Below are positions 39,839 to 53,659 of a stretch of DNA of 64,000 bases, one piece after another. Position 1 is the stretch's first letter. The number at the start of each line of letters is the position of its first letter. A program made the position numbers and the translations under genes. A model generated the notes under the pieces. That model was not told where the DNA came from. It saw only the letters and a list, made by a program, of their open reading frames with translations, and did no database searches. The stretch comes from Octopus vulgaris (taxonomy: Eukaryota), in assembly GCA_951406725.2 (NCBI GenBank), contig OX597822.1:63116001-63180000 (forward strand). Direction: 5' to 3'.

Positions 39839-41976
39839 CAGTAGTTTTATTTTAATTTTTATAGCGTGCTTTCACTTCACTACCGAGCGCAGCTCTGTGT
39901 GCCTTGGGTATGTGCTGTGATTTGTTATGATGCTCTGATGGTTATTGTATGGAAAGTGTTCTGCGTAGGATGTGTGCAGTGCCTAGTAGTGCAATTTTCT
40001 GTATGTTATATGTGTTTGTAAGTCCTGGTGTTTTTGTTATGTATTTGTCTGAATATTTTTTTATCATGCCTAATGCACCTACTATGATAGGAATTGTTTC
40101 TGTTTTCAGATTCCACATTCTAGTTACCTCTATTTCCAGGTCTTTGTATTTTGAGAGTTTCTCCATTTCTTTTAGAGACACGTTGTCATCTGCCGGTACT
40201 GATACATCAATTAGAAAGCATTTTTTTCTTCATGGTCTCTGACAACTATATCTGGTCTGTTGGCTTTAATTTCTCTATCTGTGTGTATCGGCATATCCCA
40301 GAGTATGGTTGCTTTCTCGTTTTCTGTGACCTTTTCTGGTGTGTGCCTATACCATCTTTTTTCTGTTGTTATTCCATAATGTTGGCATAGCTTCCAATGT
40401 ATGTAAGTTCCAACTCTGTCATGTCTGTGAATATATTCCTTCTTAGCCAGGACTGGGCAGCTAGAGATAATATGATTTATTGTTTCTTGTCCATCTCCAC
40501 ATATTCTGCAGTTACTTGTAATATTTCTTTTCATTACATGTTTTTGGTAATTTCTGGTGGGGAGGCTTTGGTCTTGTGCTGCAATTAAAAATCCATCTGT
40601 TTCTGCTTTGAGTCCTGAGCTTCTCAACCATTGCTGGGATTTTTCTTTGTCTATTTCTTTTGCGTTTAGTTTAGTCCAGTATTTACCATGAAGGGGCTTT
40701 TCTTGCCATCGTTTTATCATGGTTCGTTGCTGTTCTATTTTTAGTTTGGATTTCATTTTTTTTATAGCTTTTGTTGTTTCTTCATCTTCTTCTTCTTCTT
40801 CTTCATGTTTATTAGGTGGTATGATTTCTTGTTTGTATTTGTCAGCTTCCTTAAATACTGAGAACAGTTTTTTGTTTTGCTCGTGTTTTGCCGCTATCTG
40901 GATCAGTTTTCCTTCCTTCTGAAGTAGATATTTTTGCAGTCCTATGGTGGTTATTTTATAGTAGTTTTCCATCTGTATAAGGCCTCTACCACCTTCTATA
41001 CGTTGTATATATAGTCTTTCTATGTCAGATTTTGGGTGATGCATCCTAGATCCTGTCATTATTTTTCTTGTTTTCCTGTCTATTTTGGTCAGTTCATTTC
41101 GTGTCCAGTTAAGGATATTGTAGCTGTAACTTATAACTGGGACAGCTAAAGTGTTGATACCTATTATCTTGTTTTTAGCATTGAGCTCTGTGTTTAGTAT
41201 TGATCTAACTCGTCTATAATATTCTTTTTTTATTTTCTCTTTCATTTGTGTGTGTTGTGTCTTATCTAGTTCATGGATTCCTAAGTATTTGTAAGTTTGG
41301 CTTTGGTCTAATTCTTTTATTTCATTTGCTTCATCTAGTGTGATGTTGTTACTCTTAACTAGTTTTCCTCTTTTCATGGTTACTTTGGCGCATTTTTCTA
41401 ATCCAAAATTCATATCTATTTCTTTAGTAAATCCATGAACTGTCTTTAATAGTGTTTCCAGCTGTTTGTCATTTGCAGCGTATAGTTTTAGGTCATCCAT
41501 ATATAAAAGGTGGCTGATCGTTTTGCCGTAACATTTATATCCGCATCCAGTTCTATTTAGCATATCAGATAGAGGTGACAGTGCCAAGCAGAAAAGGAGT
41601 GGAGAGAGCGTATCTCCCTGGAATATTCCTCTTCTAATGGGGATGTCTTTGGTTTTCATGAGTCCCTCTTTTGTTTGGAGGTGTAGGACTGTTTGCCATT
41701 TATTCATAGAGTGCTCTATGAATTTTATGATTGTTGGTGCTACTTTGTTAATGGCTAGTGTTTCGAGGATCCATGTGTGGGGGATGCTATCAAACGCCTT
41801 TTTGTAGTCAATCCAGGCCATACTGAGGCCTTTCTTCTTTCTGTGGCTGTCTTCAGTTATGGCTTTATTAATCATTAGTTGATCTTTACAGCCATATGAG
41901 CCTTTGCGGCATCCTTTCTGCTCTTCTGGGAACAGTTTGTTTTCGTCCAGGTGCTTGTTCAGCCTTTGTGATATCA

Positions 41977-41977
<1 letters not shown>
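39839..41977 (-). mobile_element. Young 5'-truncated R4/Dong-type non-LTR retrotransposon (RT + CCHC + RLE)
   Basis: 588-aa ORF with QGDTLSP, LYMDD, CRIC..H....C and RPDIVV. It continues after a frameshift into ORF 39942..40181 (KLSKYKDL..PIIVGALG). (TAA)n on both sides. Confidence 0.95.
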
Positions 41978-42033
<56 letters not shown>

Positions 42034-44520
42034 GTCTTTGTACAGCTTCTAAAGCTGTATTATTTTATTGTCTTTTCACATCTAACGCTGGAGATGTACT
42101 ACGGTGTCAGCTATTAACTACCAGTAAACTAAGGTAATACCCCTTATTTTCGAGCACCATCCGGAGTATTCGAGCGGTTTCAAGCTGTGTTGTTTTCTGC
42201 AAGTGCTCTACCCTTGTTGCAGCCTTTATTTATTCCATGTACTTCTCAAGATTTTTACTCACTGTTCCTAGGGCTCCGACAATTATTGGTACTACTACCA
42301 CCCTTTTTCAGCGGCCACAACTGCTTAACCTCCCAAGCTAACCTGTTATATCTATCGACTTTTCTTTCTTCCTTATCGCATACCTTGTTGTCAGTTGGGC
42401 ATGCCATATCTATGATCCAGCATCGTTTGCTTTCTTTCTCAACTAACACTATGTCTGATTTCCTATTCTCTATCTCATGGTCGCGCTGAATCATAAAATC
42501 CCACAGGATCTTTGCATTATCATTTTTGATAATGCCTTCGGATTTATGTTCGTACCACTTTTTTGCTCTGTCAAGTCCATACTTGTTGTAAAGTGACCAA
42601 TGAACAATCCTTGCTATATTGTCATGACGTCTTTTATATCCTTTCTGGGCTACTGGCATACATTGACTGGTAATATGCCATACGGTTTGACCATTTTGTC
42701 CACAAATTCTGCACTTATCACTTTCTGATGTGTTGTCTCTTCTGTATTTGATGTAATTGGTTCTTAAGCTTGCTCTTGGCAGCACAGATTATAGCTTCCG
42801 TTTTCGGTTTTAAAACACTTTTAGTCATCCAAAGCCATCTTTTTTCTCTGTCTGTCTTATCTCCAACATCCCTATGAAATTGTCCATGCATTCTTTTCTT
42901 TATTCACCTATTTTCAGTTTCATTCATTCTCAAGTGCTTGTACAGTGCTTGTATCGCTAGCCCGTCCATACATTTGATTTTGCCTCTCTTCAAGACTAAC
43001 ACACAACACTTTTTCAGTCCGAACTCCATTTTGATATCAGCACTGAAAGTATACACTGTATCAATGAAGGAACTGTTTGAGGTCATCCGTGAATAACAAG
43101 TGGTTGACTTTTTGTTGGCGGCTCTTGAATACATACCCAGCCTTTGCTTTCCTCAGAATCAGTGTTAGTGGTATCATGCACAGTACAAATATCAGTGGGA
43201 ACAGGCAGTCCCCTTGGAAGATGCCTCTCCTGATTTCTATTGTCCCTAAACTTCTTCGATATGCTGTCAGTTCCGTCCTCCACTTCGCCATACTTTTTCT
43301 AAGCAATTGCTTAACATTCGATGCAATACCAAATAGGTTCATACATTCCATAATCCAAGAATGTGGGATCTTATCGTACGCCTTACGATAATCGATCCAT
43401 GACATGGCTAAGTTAGTTTTCCTATTCTTGCAGTCTCTAGTACAGTTTTGTCTTCTAGGAGTTGATCCTTGGTACCTCTGCACTTACGCTTGCAACCCTT
43501 CTGCTCATGTGGCAGGACTCCATTTTTTTCCGGGTGTCCGTACATTGACTTTGCGACTACTCCAGTCAATAATTTCCACATAAGTGCCAAGCAGGATATT
43601 GGCCTGTAATTGTCTACCGTATTGCCTTTTTTTGGTGTTTTTCAAGCACAGCAGTGCCTTACCCATTGTCAAGCACTCTGGTGTTACTTGGTCGGCATTT
43701 AACAAGGTGTTGAGTTGTGCAGCTATTCGTGCATGACATTCACCAAATCTTTTGATCCAGTGGCCTTGAACTCCATCTGGTCCTGGCGCCTTCCAGTTGG
43801 TCGTTTTTTTTTGGGTGGGGGTGCTTTTGTTTTTTGTTTTGTTTTTTGGTTTTTTGGTTTTTTGGTTTTTGCTGATTTCCTTCACTTCCCTAACTGAAAT
43901 GACTGGTTCTGCCTGTTTTGGACAGACTACTGTTTGTTTCAGTTCTTGCAACCATTCAGCATCCTTCTTGCGCTCGTCTTTGCTCCAGATGTCACTTCAA
44001 AACCTTTGACTTTCAATGTTATCTGGTATCAACTTTTCATCTGTACACTCTCCATTTACTTCTTTGTAGAATCTCTTCTGATCTACTCTGAATAAACTAT
44101 TCTGCTGGTATCTCTTCATTCATTTGTTGTATCTTACCATCTTTCCTTTCTTTGCAAACTGGCGCTGTTTCAGTTCTTCCACTACTACTTTCAGGCCTTT
44201 TCCTTCAATATCATACTTCCTGTTCAGCGCCCTGTATTTTTGTTCGCTTTTAAGCTCCCCCTTCTCTTTTCGGTCGAACACAAAAATGTCCTTCGAGAGC
44301 ATATCTAACCCCGTCTGAATTCTTCTTTTCCACCATGGATCTTTTCTTTTGTCACTCCCATTATATTTCTTTTTCTTGACATCAACACCTACATTTTCTG
44401 CAACAACAATACTTGCTGCCTTGAGCAAATTATTTGATTCTGTGAAGTTTGTTCTGGTGTATTTCAGAATTTCATTCACATTTTTCGTTTCTTGGTTCAA
44501 TTTCCACTGATCAACCTTTT
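42034..44520 (-). mobile_element. Older, longer R4/Dong-type LINE with many frameshifts
   Basis: ORFs DPWWKRRI, NWKAPGPDGVQGHWIK, WIDYRKAYD, QGDCLFP, LFTDD, CRICG..H...C, KSDIVLV. Confidence 0.92.
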
Positions 44521-44542
44521 TATCATTATTCCACCGATCAAA

Positions 44543-44710
44543 GGTGGCGAGCTGGCAGAATCGTTAGCTTTACGTTCTGAGTCGAGATCGACTTTGCCTT
44601 TCATCCTTTCAGAGTCGATAAATTAAGTACCACTTGCGTACTGGGATCGATCTAATCGATTGGCCCCCTCCCAAAAATTTCGGGCCTTGTGCCTAGAGCA
44701 GAAAAGATTA
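44543..44710 (+). mobile_element. Family A SINE (deleted) with TSD-like attattccaccgatcaa
   Basis: attattccaccgatcaa at ~44525 and ~44708 flanks the SINE. Confidence 0.75.
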
Positions 44711-44723
44711 TTCCACCGATCAA

Positions 44724-44774
<51 letters not shown>

Positions 44775-44789
44775 CATCATCATTCACTT

Positions 44790-45596
44790 TTAATATACGT
44801 TTGTTATAATCACTTGCCGAGGCCACACCCAGCGTCCTAGGGAGGATGAAGGGTAAGAGATGTTACAGTATGATTAAAAGCTTGAGGAGGGGAAGTGGCT
44901 GGGGCAGTTGCGAAATATCTTCATGTAATACAACACAGACATTTAAATGTATAGGGTTGTTCTAAGGATGTGGACATTATTTGTCAGCACAATCTTTTTG
45001 CTTTCTCTCAGACATGATTTTCTTGAGATATTATCTAGATATTTTTGATATCACTTTCTCATCTTACCTAGGGTACCCACAATAACAGGAACAGCTCTCG
45101 CTTTAAGATACCGCATCTGTATTTCAATTCCCAGGTCCTTATATTTATTTAATTTGTCAAATTCCTTTACAGATATATTTTTATCAATGGGAACACGTCT
45201 ATTAGTTTAGAAGCATTTCCTTCCCAGTCTTTAATGACTATGTCTGGTATTTTAGCCTGGATCGTTTTGTCAGTGTTGACTGGAAAATCCCAGAGGATAG
45301 TGACATTTTTACCTTCAACAACTGGTTCGGGATGATGTTTATAACAGTAAGCAGGAGTGTCGATTTTGTAGTATTTACATATTTTCCGATGTAAATACTA
45401 TCCTACCCCCATCGTGGCGATTTTGTATTAGTTTGGTGTCAGCACAGGACATCCAGAGACGAGATGGGTTATTGCTTAGTCAAATGTATCGCAGGATCTG
45501 CATTTAGGGTCAGATCCGTTTTGAAAAACGTTAGCCTGGTAGTTTTTGGTAAGCTTTGATAAGCAAGCCTAGTAGTTTTTGGTAAGCAAGCTTTGA

Positions 45597-45600
<4 letters not shown>
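44790..45600 (-). mobile_element. Decayed R4/Dong-type LINE 3' fragment
   Basis: Reverse DPKCRSC..THLVSGCPVL, ILWDFPVNTDKTIQAKIPDIVI, KEFDKLNKYKDL. (TAA)n on both sides. Confidence 0.8.
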
Positions 45601-45629
<29 letters not shown>

Positions 45630-45648
45630 CATTATTATTATTATTATT

Positions 45649-45696
<48 letters not shown>

Positions 45697-45938
45697 GTCA
45701 TCATCATCATCATTATACGCTACGTTAATTGGCTGAGAGTCTTTGACATATGCTTAAAAAGGAAAACTGTTCTGTCAGTTCTCTTGGAATTCCATAATTG
45801 CAGTTGGCTTCTGTAAAAGTAAAAATAAAATGTTTCTTCGTGAAGAATATAATAATAAATACACAATGAATACTTTTAAAGCGTTCTGTATGCTTTCAAA
45901 AATTTATTTGCATTCTTGATTTGATATTTTCATTACAG

Positions 45939-46005
45939 ATGCTGGTCAAATGATATTGGACGTTATGAGTGGATCTTGTACACACCAAATCTTCTTTGCC
46001 TTATC
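45939..46005 (+). CDS. Class B1 GPCR exon (ECL2 'CW' - TM5)
   Basis: tacAG acceptor, GTGAG donor. (L)CWSNDIGRYEWILYTPNLLCLI, with the conserved CW and W...P. 67 nt. Confidence 0.92.
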
Positions 46006-46104
46006 GTGAGTCCAATTAAATTATTACCTTTTGCAGATTACAAATGTCTGTTCTTATTTTGTATGCCTTTTGACTCTCTCTCTCTCCTTCTCTCTCTCTC
46101 TCTC

Positions 46105-46138
<34 letters not shown>

Positions 46139-46684
46139 TTTCTCTCACTAAAAAGTGAGCCCTATTGAAAATGGGATAATGCAAATGAAAAAGATGTATA
46201 ACTTGAAGCGAAAGGTGAGATCAGAGAGAAAGGCTGCTCTCCAGTAAATTTGATGAAAGGTGAGTTCACGTGACTTAAGATTCAAGATATGAGAAAATCA
46301 GTAGATAAATTCTGCCAGGAGGTTGCAGAAAGGGGTAAATAGTAATCGAGGTCTTGTAATGTCTTGTGATATTTTGATCCGTCCCAAGTGAGTGATTCCC
46401 ACACCGTTGATGGGAGATTTTTTTTATATCTATTTTTACATGATTTTAACCAGCAATATTCTGCTTTTAGTATTTTCCTCTCGATATTCTGCTTTTAGTA
46501 TTTTATTCCACATGCAACTTTTTTATAATTCTTACATATTATTGTTTTCATTGAGCCTCCACTGGCTCAATAAAAATTGATAATAAATCAATATTATATA
46601 TTATATATTATATCAATATTATATATTATATATATTGATAATAAATCAATATTATATATATATATTTTATTTATCGTTCTACAG

Positions 46685-46767
46685 GGCAATCTCATTTTCT
46701 TTATCTACATTCTGATGGTATTGATCACTCAACTTCAAACACATCCAAACGAGCCAAGCAGTTACAG
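46685..46767 (+). CDS. Class B1 GPCR exon (TM5-ICL3)
   Basis: ctacAG acceptor, ag|GTATAA donor. GNLIFFIYILMVLITQLQTHPNEPSSY(R), with the N..F...I...L...L pattern. Confidence 0.92.
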
Positions 46768-47068
46768 GTATAATGTTGTTTCAATCCTGATAAGTATAAG
46801 TGTATGAGACGTTTTGGCACAACCTCATTGGCGTCGCTGATTCAATGCTGGCTTATTTGACATTAGGCACTTTAATGTTTCTCTCGTCCTTTCCTTCACC
46901 TCTTTCCCTCTCTCTCTCTCTCTTTCTCTCTCTTCTTTCTCTTTCCCTCCCTCCCCCCTCTCTCTCTTACTCTCGCTCGCTTTATGTGTGTGGGTGGGGC
47001 TTATTTCTCTTTATATGTATGAAGAGACAGAAGCAGCTATATTGATTGTGTTCAATTAATATATTGAA

Positions 47069-47106
<38 letters not shown>

Positions 47107-48049
47107 ATTTCTGCATGCGCATGCGTGTGTGTGTGTCTATTTGCCTCCAATGCCAAAAGTAGTCACCAAAACAGATTCAATGTCCAAATCGCTAAATCGC
47201 CAGTGTCCATACTACCACACCTGACGGTCTCATACTTTCATACAATACTTTTTATGTGTCGTTTACTTTAACAAACATTATATCTGCTATATTTAATACA
47301 TTAACGGTGGTGCCCAAGCAACTTTAAAGCTGAAACAGGTTAAAGAGTTAAAGAGTATATATCTTGAATTGTTGGTATGTTACTGTTTTGATCATAGTCC
47401 TGCTTAATTGGATCAGCTCTAATTAAGTAGACCTATGATCAATAAACATCCCAGCTGTGATCACCACGGCTTCTGTTTTTTTCCTTTGTTTTTTGTTCGT
47501 TTGTTTTTGTTGATATAGTATATTGGGAATTACATCAGATCAAATTCTACCGTCTTTAAAAAAAGAATAAGAAGAGAATATTTAACAGTGTACACCTAAA
47601 GACTGGGTTTATAAAAAGTCAAAAGAAAAACGTGATGGTTACAGCTGAGACAGGTTTCATAATAGATCTCTTCGATCGGAGCAAACCTGATGTTAAACAA
47701 CCACAATAATTTCTTGCTTTTTCTGGTACATTTTTGTGGAAGAAGATTCTTCAATTAAATTGATCCCAGTAATTAAGAAACTCGGAAGAATGAACGACAA
47801 AGTTGTCTTCCACTGGATTTGATCTCGGGGTATAAACAACCGGTACAAATAACACAAAGCATTTTATCCGACGCTCTAACGATACTGCCAATCAACTATA
47901 CTCATTTAAGACTGATTTTTGTTAAAGCATACTGACCTACATATTAGATAATGAAAACCTAGAGTCATTATGGGCGAAAAAGAAGAAAAAAGTTGAATGG
48001 CCAAGAATGAAATATCTTTGATCATAGGTCAGTTAAAAGGCTTACAAAA

Positions 48050-48216
48050 GGAGTGGCTGTGCGGTACGTAGCTTGCTTACCAACCACATGGTTCTGGGTT
48101 CAGTCCCACTGCGTGGCACCTTGAGCAAGTGTCTTCTACTATAGCCTCGGACCGACCAAAGCCTTGTAAGTGGATTTGGTAGACAGAAACTGAAAGAAGC
48201 CCGTCGTATATATGTA

Positions 48217-48284
<68 letters not shown>

Positions 48285-48495
48285 TGTGTCTGTGTTTGTC
48301 CTCCAAACATCGCTTGACAACCGATGCTGATGTCTTTACGCCCCCGTAACTTAGCGGTTCGGCAAAAGAGATCCGATAGAATAAGTACTAGGCTTACAAA
48401 GAATAAGTCCTAGGGTCGATTTACTCGACTAAAGGCGGTGCTCCAGCATGGCCGCAGTCAAATGACTGAAACAAGTAAAAGAGTAAAGAGAGTGA
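48050..48495 (+). mobile_element. Family B SINE, near full length, internal (TG)n
   Basis: Head, core and tail ctccagcatggccgcagtcaaatgactgaaacaagtaaaagag. Confidence 0.88.
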
Positions 48496-49137
48496 GTAAA
48501 CCAATGGAGCCCAATTGAAGAAACTCACATATCCAAGACTACCCAGATCACTAAGGTCACCAGCTTATTTTGTGTGTGTGTTTTTGTTGCTAATGTTCTA
48601 TTTTGTGGAAGTTTTTATTTCTTTTCATTTTCAGTCAACACTGTTGCAAATGTTCCCAAATATAATATACAAGCTTACCCTGTGCCGTAAAAAATGACGG
48701 CTAATTGTAGTATTTTATATATAAATAAGGTACAAAATAAGATACATAATAAACACAGATACATTCACATACTTCCATTGTACATGCACATACATACATA
48801 TACTCAGAGTTGAAATGCTGTTTGATTTTTCTTTTCAGCGTTGAACGTTCACCATCTCATTTCCATTGCACACGCGCGCACACACACACACACACATACA
48901 CACGCAAACAAACATTCACATGCCTCCCTTTTACATACACACGCATATACTCACAGAGTATGTTTTTTTCATCCCTTCCTTTCTCCATTGCTATCACTCT
49001 CCCTCTCTCTCTCTCTCTCAGTCAGGGTTATTACTCTCACTTCTTCTCCTTCACTGAATTGCTATTTTCTCTCCTTTCCCTTCACTTATACAACTCTTTC
49101 TCCTACTCCGTCCTACTCCTAATCTGTAATTTTAGAA

Positions 49138-49172
<35 letters not shown>

Positions 49173-49234
49173 AATACATAAAAACACTACGCTCAATATT
49201 ATGTTAGGAGATTTCCATTTATTTTATTTTCCAG

Positions 49235-49370
49235 GCGAGCTTTGAAAGCCACTTTTGTGTTGATTCCTCTCTTTGGTCTCCAGCTTGTATTTATCATCAA
49301 CAGACCTGATAGTACTTCCTCATATGTCTATACATACGAGAATATATCAGAGATTATCATTAAATCACAG
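49235..49370 (+). CDS. Class B1 GPCR exon (TM6-ECL3-TM7 start)
   Basis: ttccAG acceptor, cag|GTAAGT donor. RALKATFVLIPLFGLQLVFIINRPDSTSSYVYTYENISEIIIKSQ, with the K.T..L.PL.G motif. Confidence 0.95.
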
Positions 49371-49429
49371 GTAAGTGCATGAAACCACCATTATGATCAC
49401 GTCACTTTTGTATTTTGTGTATGTACATA

Positions 49430-49680
49430 GGTGCAGGCGTGTTGTAAGAAGTTTGCTTCCCAACCACATGGCTTCGGGTTCAATTCTACTACATGGACAA
49501 GTGTCTTCTATTATAGCTTCTAGCCGACCAAAGCCTTGTGAGTAGACGGAAACCGAAAGAAACCTGTCGTACATATATAGTCTTGGTGTCTGTGTTTGTC
49601 ACCCACCCCCACTTGACAACCGATTTTGGTGTGTATATGTCCCTGCAACTTAGCGGTTCGGCAAAAAAGACCAATGGGTG
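49430..49680 (+). mobile_element. Family B SINE, decayed
   Basis: Similar to the 48050 copy. Confidence 0.7.
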
Positions 49681-50458
49681 CAACTCTTTTTTTTTTTCAG
49701 AACTAAATCAAGAAAAGATCAAGATTGGGGGCCCTAGGCATCTGGAATGTTGTCAAACGATTACCATCCTCATTTCAACCAGTCGGGAAATGCAGACGAA
49801 GGGAGTATAGAGGACTAGTGGAAGATAAGCTCGAATACGTCCTCGAGGAAACATGGTATTGCCAGCAATACCACCCCTACTAGTCTACTCAGTAGGTCTG
49901 GTGCGTCATGGACTACTATCGTTAACTTACAGTTATCCTTGTCCTGGCAGTACGAGTGAGGGGTACAATCACACAATAATGGCGGAAGTGTCGTCAGGCG
50001 AGACTGCTCGAGATACGGGCAGAGTGATGAGACGGTGCTACACTTATGTCGAGCGGCAGTTGTCGCATGTAGAACGGATCCGGTTGTCGGTCGAGTTCAT
50101 CATGAAGATCTCCCCTTCCCACGGCCTTCCTTTAACAGGGTTAGGTTGGCAGTTTTCCTCTCGTGGCTGTGACAAAAGAGGTTGCGTGAAGTACAAGACT
50201 GAAAGGATTGAGAACAGACACCTTCCTCTTTGGTCAAGTCTTAATAATCTTTTTCATGTTCAACTTCAAGAGAAAAGTGAGAGATCAGTGGGTAGTGCTC
50301 TCTGCCAGTAAATTTTTCAAAAGACAAGTATGCATCTGTAGACTCTAATAATTTGTCACCTTCGCTGGAAAACATTAAAGACGGTGAGAAGAGGAAGAGA
50401 GGTCAGCGGATCAAATAATAACCTGAGGTTTTTGTAGTTAGTTGTATGCATTTTTTAA

Positions 50459-50678
50459 TCTATTGCTTGTCCCGTGTATTACATGTGATATTTTCTTGGC
50501 GTCCATGCATCACATATGATACACATTCCCAAATTTTTGCGACTAGCAGAGTAACTTAGGACTCGTGAAAGGAAAATTTTATATTACTCAGAAAGTATGA
50601 AACAAAGGTATACAAAGCGTCACAAAATAAGCATGGACTTTTAGGACACTTATGAAAATACTTTGGGCCGGCAAAGGG
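50459..50678. mobile_element. Possible piggyBac-type MITE remnant
   Basis: Right end ..ggcaaaggg|TTAA; degenerate left end TTAA|tctattgc. Confidence 0.3.
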
Positions 50679-50911
50679 TTAAGTTTAGTGAGACTGAAAT
50701 CATTACAAAACAGAAAGAGGAAAGATGCAACAGAAAACAGAAATAGTGTGGTTGTGGTGTATTAGTGAATGTTTAACAAACAATGAATCTGAACTGTAAA
50801 GAGAGAACAGTATATTTAAGTATGTCATCTCAACTGGTAATGTAGCCGTATTTTAGAGATGCTAGTTTTCTATTTGTGTATTTATTAATCCATTAATTTT
50901 CTATCTTTCAG

Positions 50912-50953
50912 GGAGCATTTGTAGCCCTAATTTTCTGCTTTCTCAATGGCGAG
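50912..50953 (+). CDS. Class B1 GPCR 42-nt TM7 exon
   Basis: ctttcAG acceptor, gag|GTAAGT donor. GAFVALIFCFLNGE, the characteristic 14-codon TM7 exon of secretin-family receptors. Confidence 0.95.
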
Positions 50954-51929
50954 GTAAGTATTTTTTTTCTTATAAGCACCAACAACCGTAAGTGTTACTG
51001 TAACTTCTGTTCACATCTCCTTACGCCAATGCATTTCGTATCTTACAAGAACGGCAAAATAATACTCTAGGAAGTGGAAACTCGATACGGAGCGATCAAA
51101 CAGCAGGGGATAAGTATCAGAGAACTCCAGTCAAGCAAGTGCTTCGACCCGTTAGTTCCTGGCACTGTAAGGGAGCCGGGTTTGCATAGGTCATGACTAC
51201 TAGGTGTCCTGTTATTTCTGAAATGCTGCCTTTAGTTTAGATTGGATCTGGAGCATTCGGGTGATCTTATTTTCCTGTACTCTGATGTTTACCACCCGAT
51301 CGTGAAAACCACCGAAAGAACTTGCACTGTTGATTTATTTAAATCAGAGTTTTCCTCCTCCTGTTCTCCGTTTAGCGTCTTGCAGTTTTCTATTTCAGCT
51401 CCAGCTATCGTTTCTCTTTGCCTATAGCCACATTGAGCTCTTCTCGGCTATTTCGTTGCTGTTCTTTTACGACCATTGATTCAGAGCTAACCTAGTAGTT
51501 GACACATGGAGAATACGACAAACCCTCATGCGCTAACTTGCACTAGACCAGCAGTTCTTAGCTGGGGTTCATATGGCCTCTGAGGGTCCATATAAGACTT
51601 TGTTGGATTCATGCAGCAAAATAGTAAATTGGGGATTCACAATTATATTTTAAGGGCTCCTTAAATGTATTGGTATGTATTACAATAACAGCTAGGTTTC
51701 TTTCTCAAATGTTTTACATAGTTCAACCTGCACAATTTAATGTGTGGAAAAGCAAAATAAGAATTTTGAAAGAAGTTTCTATAAAACTAGCTTCTAAACA
51801 TAGGAAGACTATGGGAATCCACCAGAATAACATAGTAATCAATGGGGTCCACAGATAAAAAAAAAATGGTTGAGAACCTCGGCACTAGACGAAGCAGTCA
51901 CTCGATAAAACCGATTGGCAGGGGAAGTG

Positions 51930-52370
51930 TCACGGTCCAATGACTGAAACCAGTAAAGCAAGCAGCTCCAATTTAAAAGTGGCGAAAAAGACTCGGCGAC
52001 TGTGTGGTAAAGAGGGTCGCTTTGCAAACACGTAGTGCGGTCTCACTGTACGGCACCTTGAGCAAATGTCTACCACTACAGCCCTCGGGCTGACCAATGC
52101 CTTGTGAGTGAACTTCGTAGGCGGAAACTGTAGAAACCTGTTGTTTATGCGTGTGTGTGTGTGTATGTACCTTTGCGTTTGTGTTTCTACCCGGTCCCAC
52201 GGTTTGACAGCCGGTGTTGGTGTGTTTACGTCCCCGTAACTCAGCAGTGCGGCAAATAGGGTTAGTGTCATATTTACTGTAAATGAATACTGGAAACCGT
52301 TCCGCTCGACTAAATCCTTTAAAACGGTGCTTCAGCATAGCCACGGTCCAATGACTGAAACAAGCAAAAA
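51930..52370 (+). mobile_element. Family B SINE, decayed
   Basis: Core and tail similar to the 48050 copy. Confidence 0.7.
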
Positions 52371-52386
52371 TCAAAAATTCAGAGAA

Positions 52387-52431
<45 letters not shown>

Positions 52432-52459
52432 CGTGTTGTTGTTGATGATGATGATGATA

Positions 52460-52518
<59 letters not shown>

Positions 52519-52896
52519 AAAAATGATATGACTGTTTTGTTTTGTTTTCCGTTTGGGAACGATGATTAGATCACAAGGCCATAATACTGAGGAAGTCAAC
52601 CGTCAAAGCTAATGGTGAAAATTTAATTAGCATTCAATTATTAATTAAGCAGCTGAGTGTCTAAACCCAATGTGTGCGTGCAGACGCGTGCACGATTGCA
52701 TAATGTACATATATCTGTAGAATTTGAATTGTGTGTGAGCGAGTGTGTGTGTGTTACTTGTGAATGCTCTTTGTAAAGACACCGTACAATGGGGTTTTTT
52801 TGTATATGTGCACATGCATCATACAAGAACATGCATATAAGTGTGATTATATGCGCGCACACACACATAAAATTCAATTGGTAACATAATAAAGTG

Positions 52897-53225
52897 AAGG
52901 TGTGTGGTTAAGTGGTAGGAACGTCGGGCTCACAATCATGAGGTTGTGAGTTCGATTCCCAGACCGGACTGTGTTATGTTCTTGAGCAAGATACTTCATT
53001 TCGTGTTGCTCCAGTTCACTCAACTGTAAAAATGTGTTGCCACATCACTGGTTCTAAAGTGTATCGGTCTTTGCCTTTCTCTTGGTGGCGTGGAGTGAAG
53101 AGGCTGGTATGCATGGGTGACTGCTGGGTCTTCCCATAAACAATCTTGCCCAGACTTGTGCTTCGGAGGGGAACTTTCTAGGTTCAATCTCTTGGTCATT
53201 CATGACCGAAGGCGGTCTTTACCCT
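52897..53225 (+). mobile_element. Family C SINE
   Basis: Homologous to 12884-13220. Confidence 0.85.
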
Positions 53226-53339
53226 TTTAACTTACTAAAAGTCATTCTTCTCTCAGTAAATTCTAAGAGCGTGTAGAGGAAATATAGCAGTGTTTAGAGC
53301 AAATGATTTAATTAAATTGCAATATTTATTATACTTTTA

Positions 53340-53645
53340 GGTAGCGAGCTGACAGAATCGTTAGCAATGCGAGCCAAATGCTTAGGGCAAAAGTCTTAGC
53401 GGCAAATGCTTAGCGGTAAAAGGCTTAACAGCAAATGCTTAGTAGTAAAAGGCTTAGCGGCAGAAGTCTTAGTGGCATTTCACCCGTCTTTACGTTCTGA
53501 GTTCAAATTCTGCCAAGGTCAACTTTGCCTTTCATCCTTTCGAGGTCGATAGAATAAGTCCTCGTTGAGCACTGGAGTCGATGTAATCGATTATATCTCC
53601 ATCACCTGGAATTGCTGGCCTTGAGCCACAGTTTGAAACTAATAC
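53340..53645 (+). mobile_element. Family A SINE with internal ~14-bp tandem expansion
   Basis: Repeated (gcaaatgcttagcg/gtaaaaggcttagc) units at 53375-53478. Confidence 0.8.
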
Positions 53646-53659
53646 TCTCTTACGAAATA

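Noticed and set aside
49700-51660. ORF 49853..50311 and the GC-richer segments around the TM7 exon as a nested gene
   Set aside because: No recognisable protein motif or splice structure; more likely retroelement UTR remnants.
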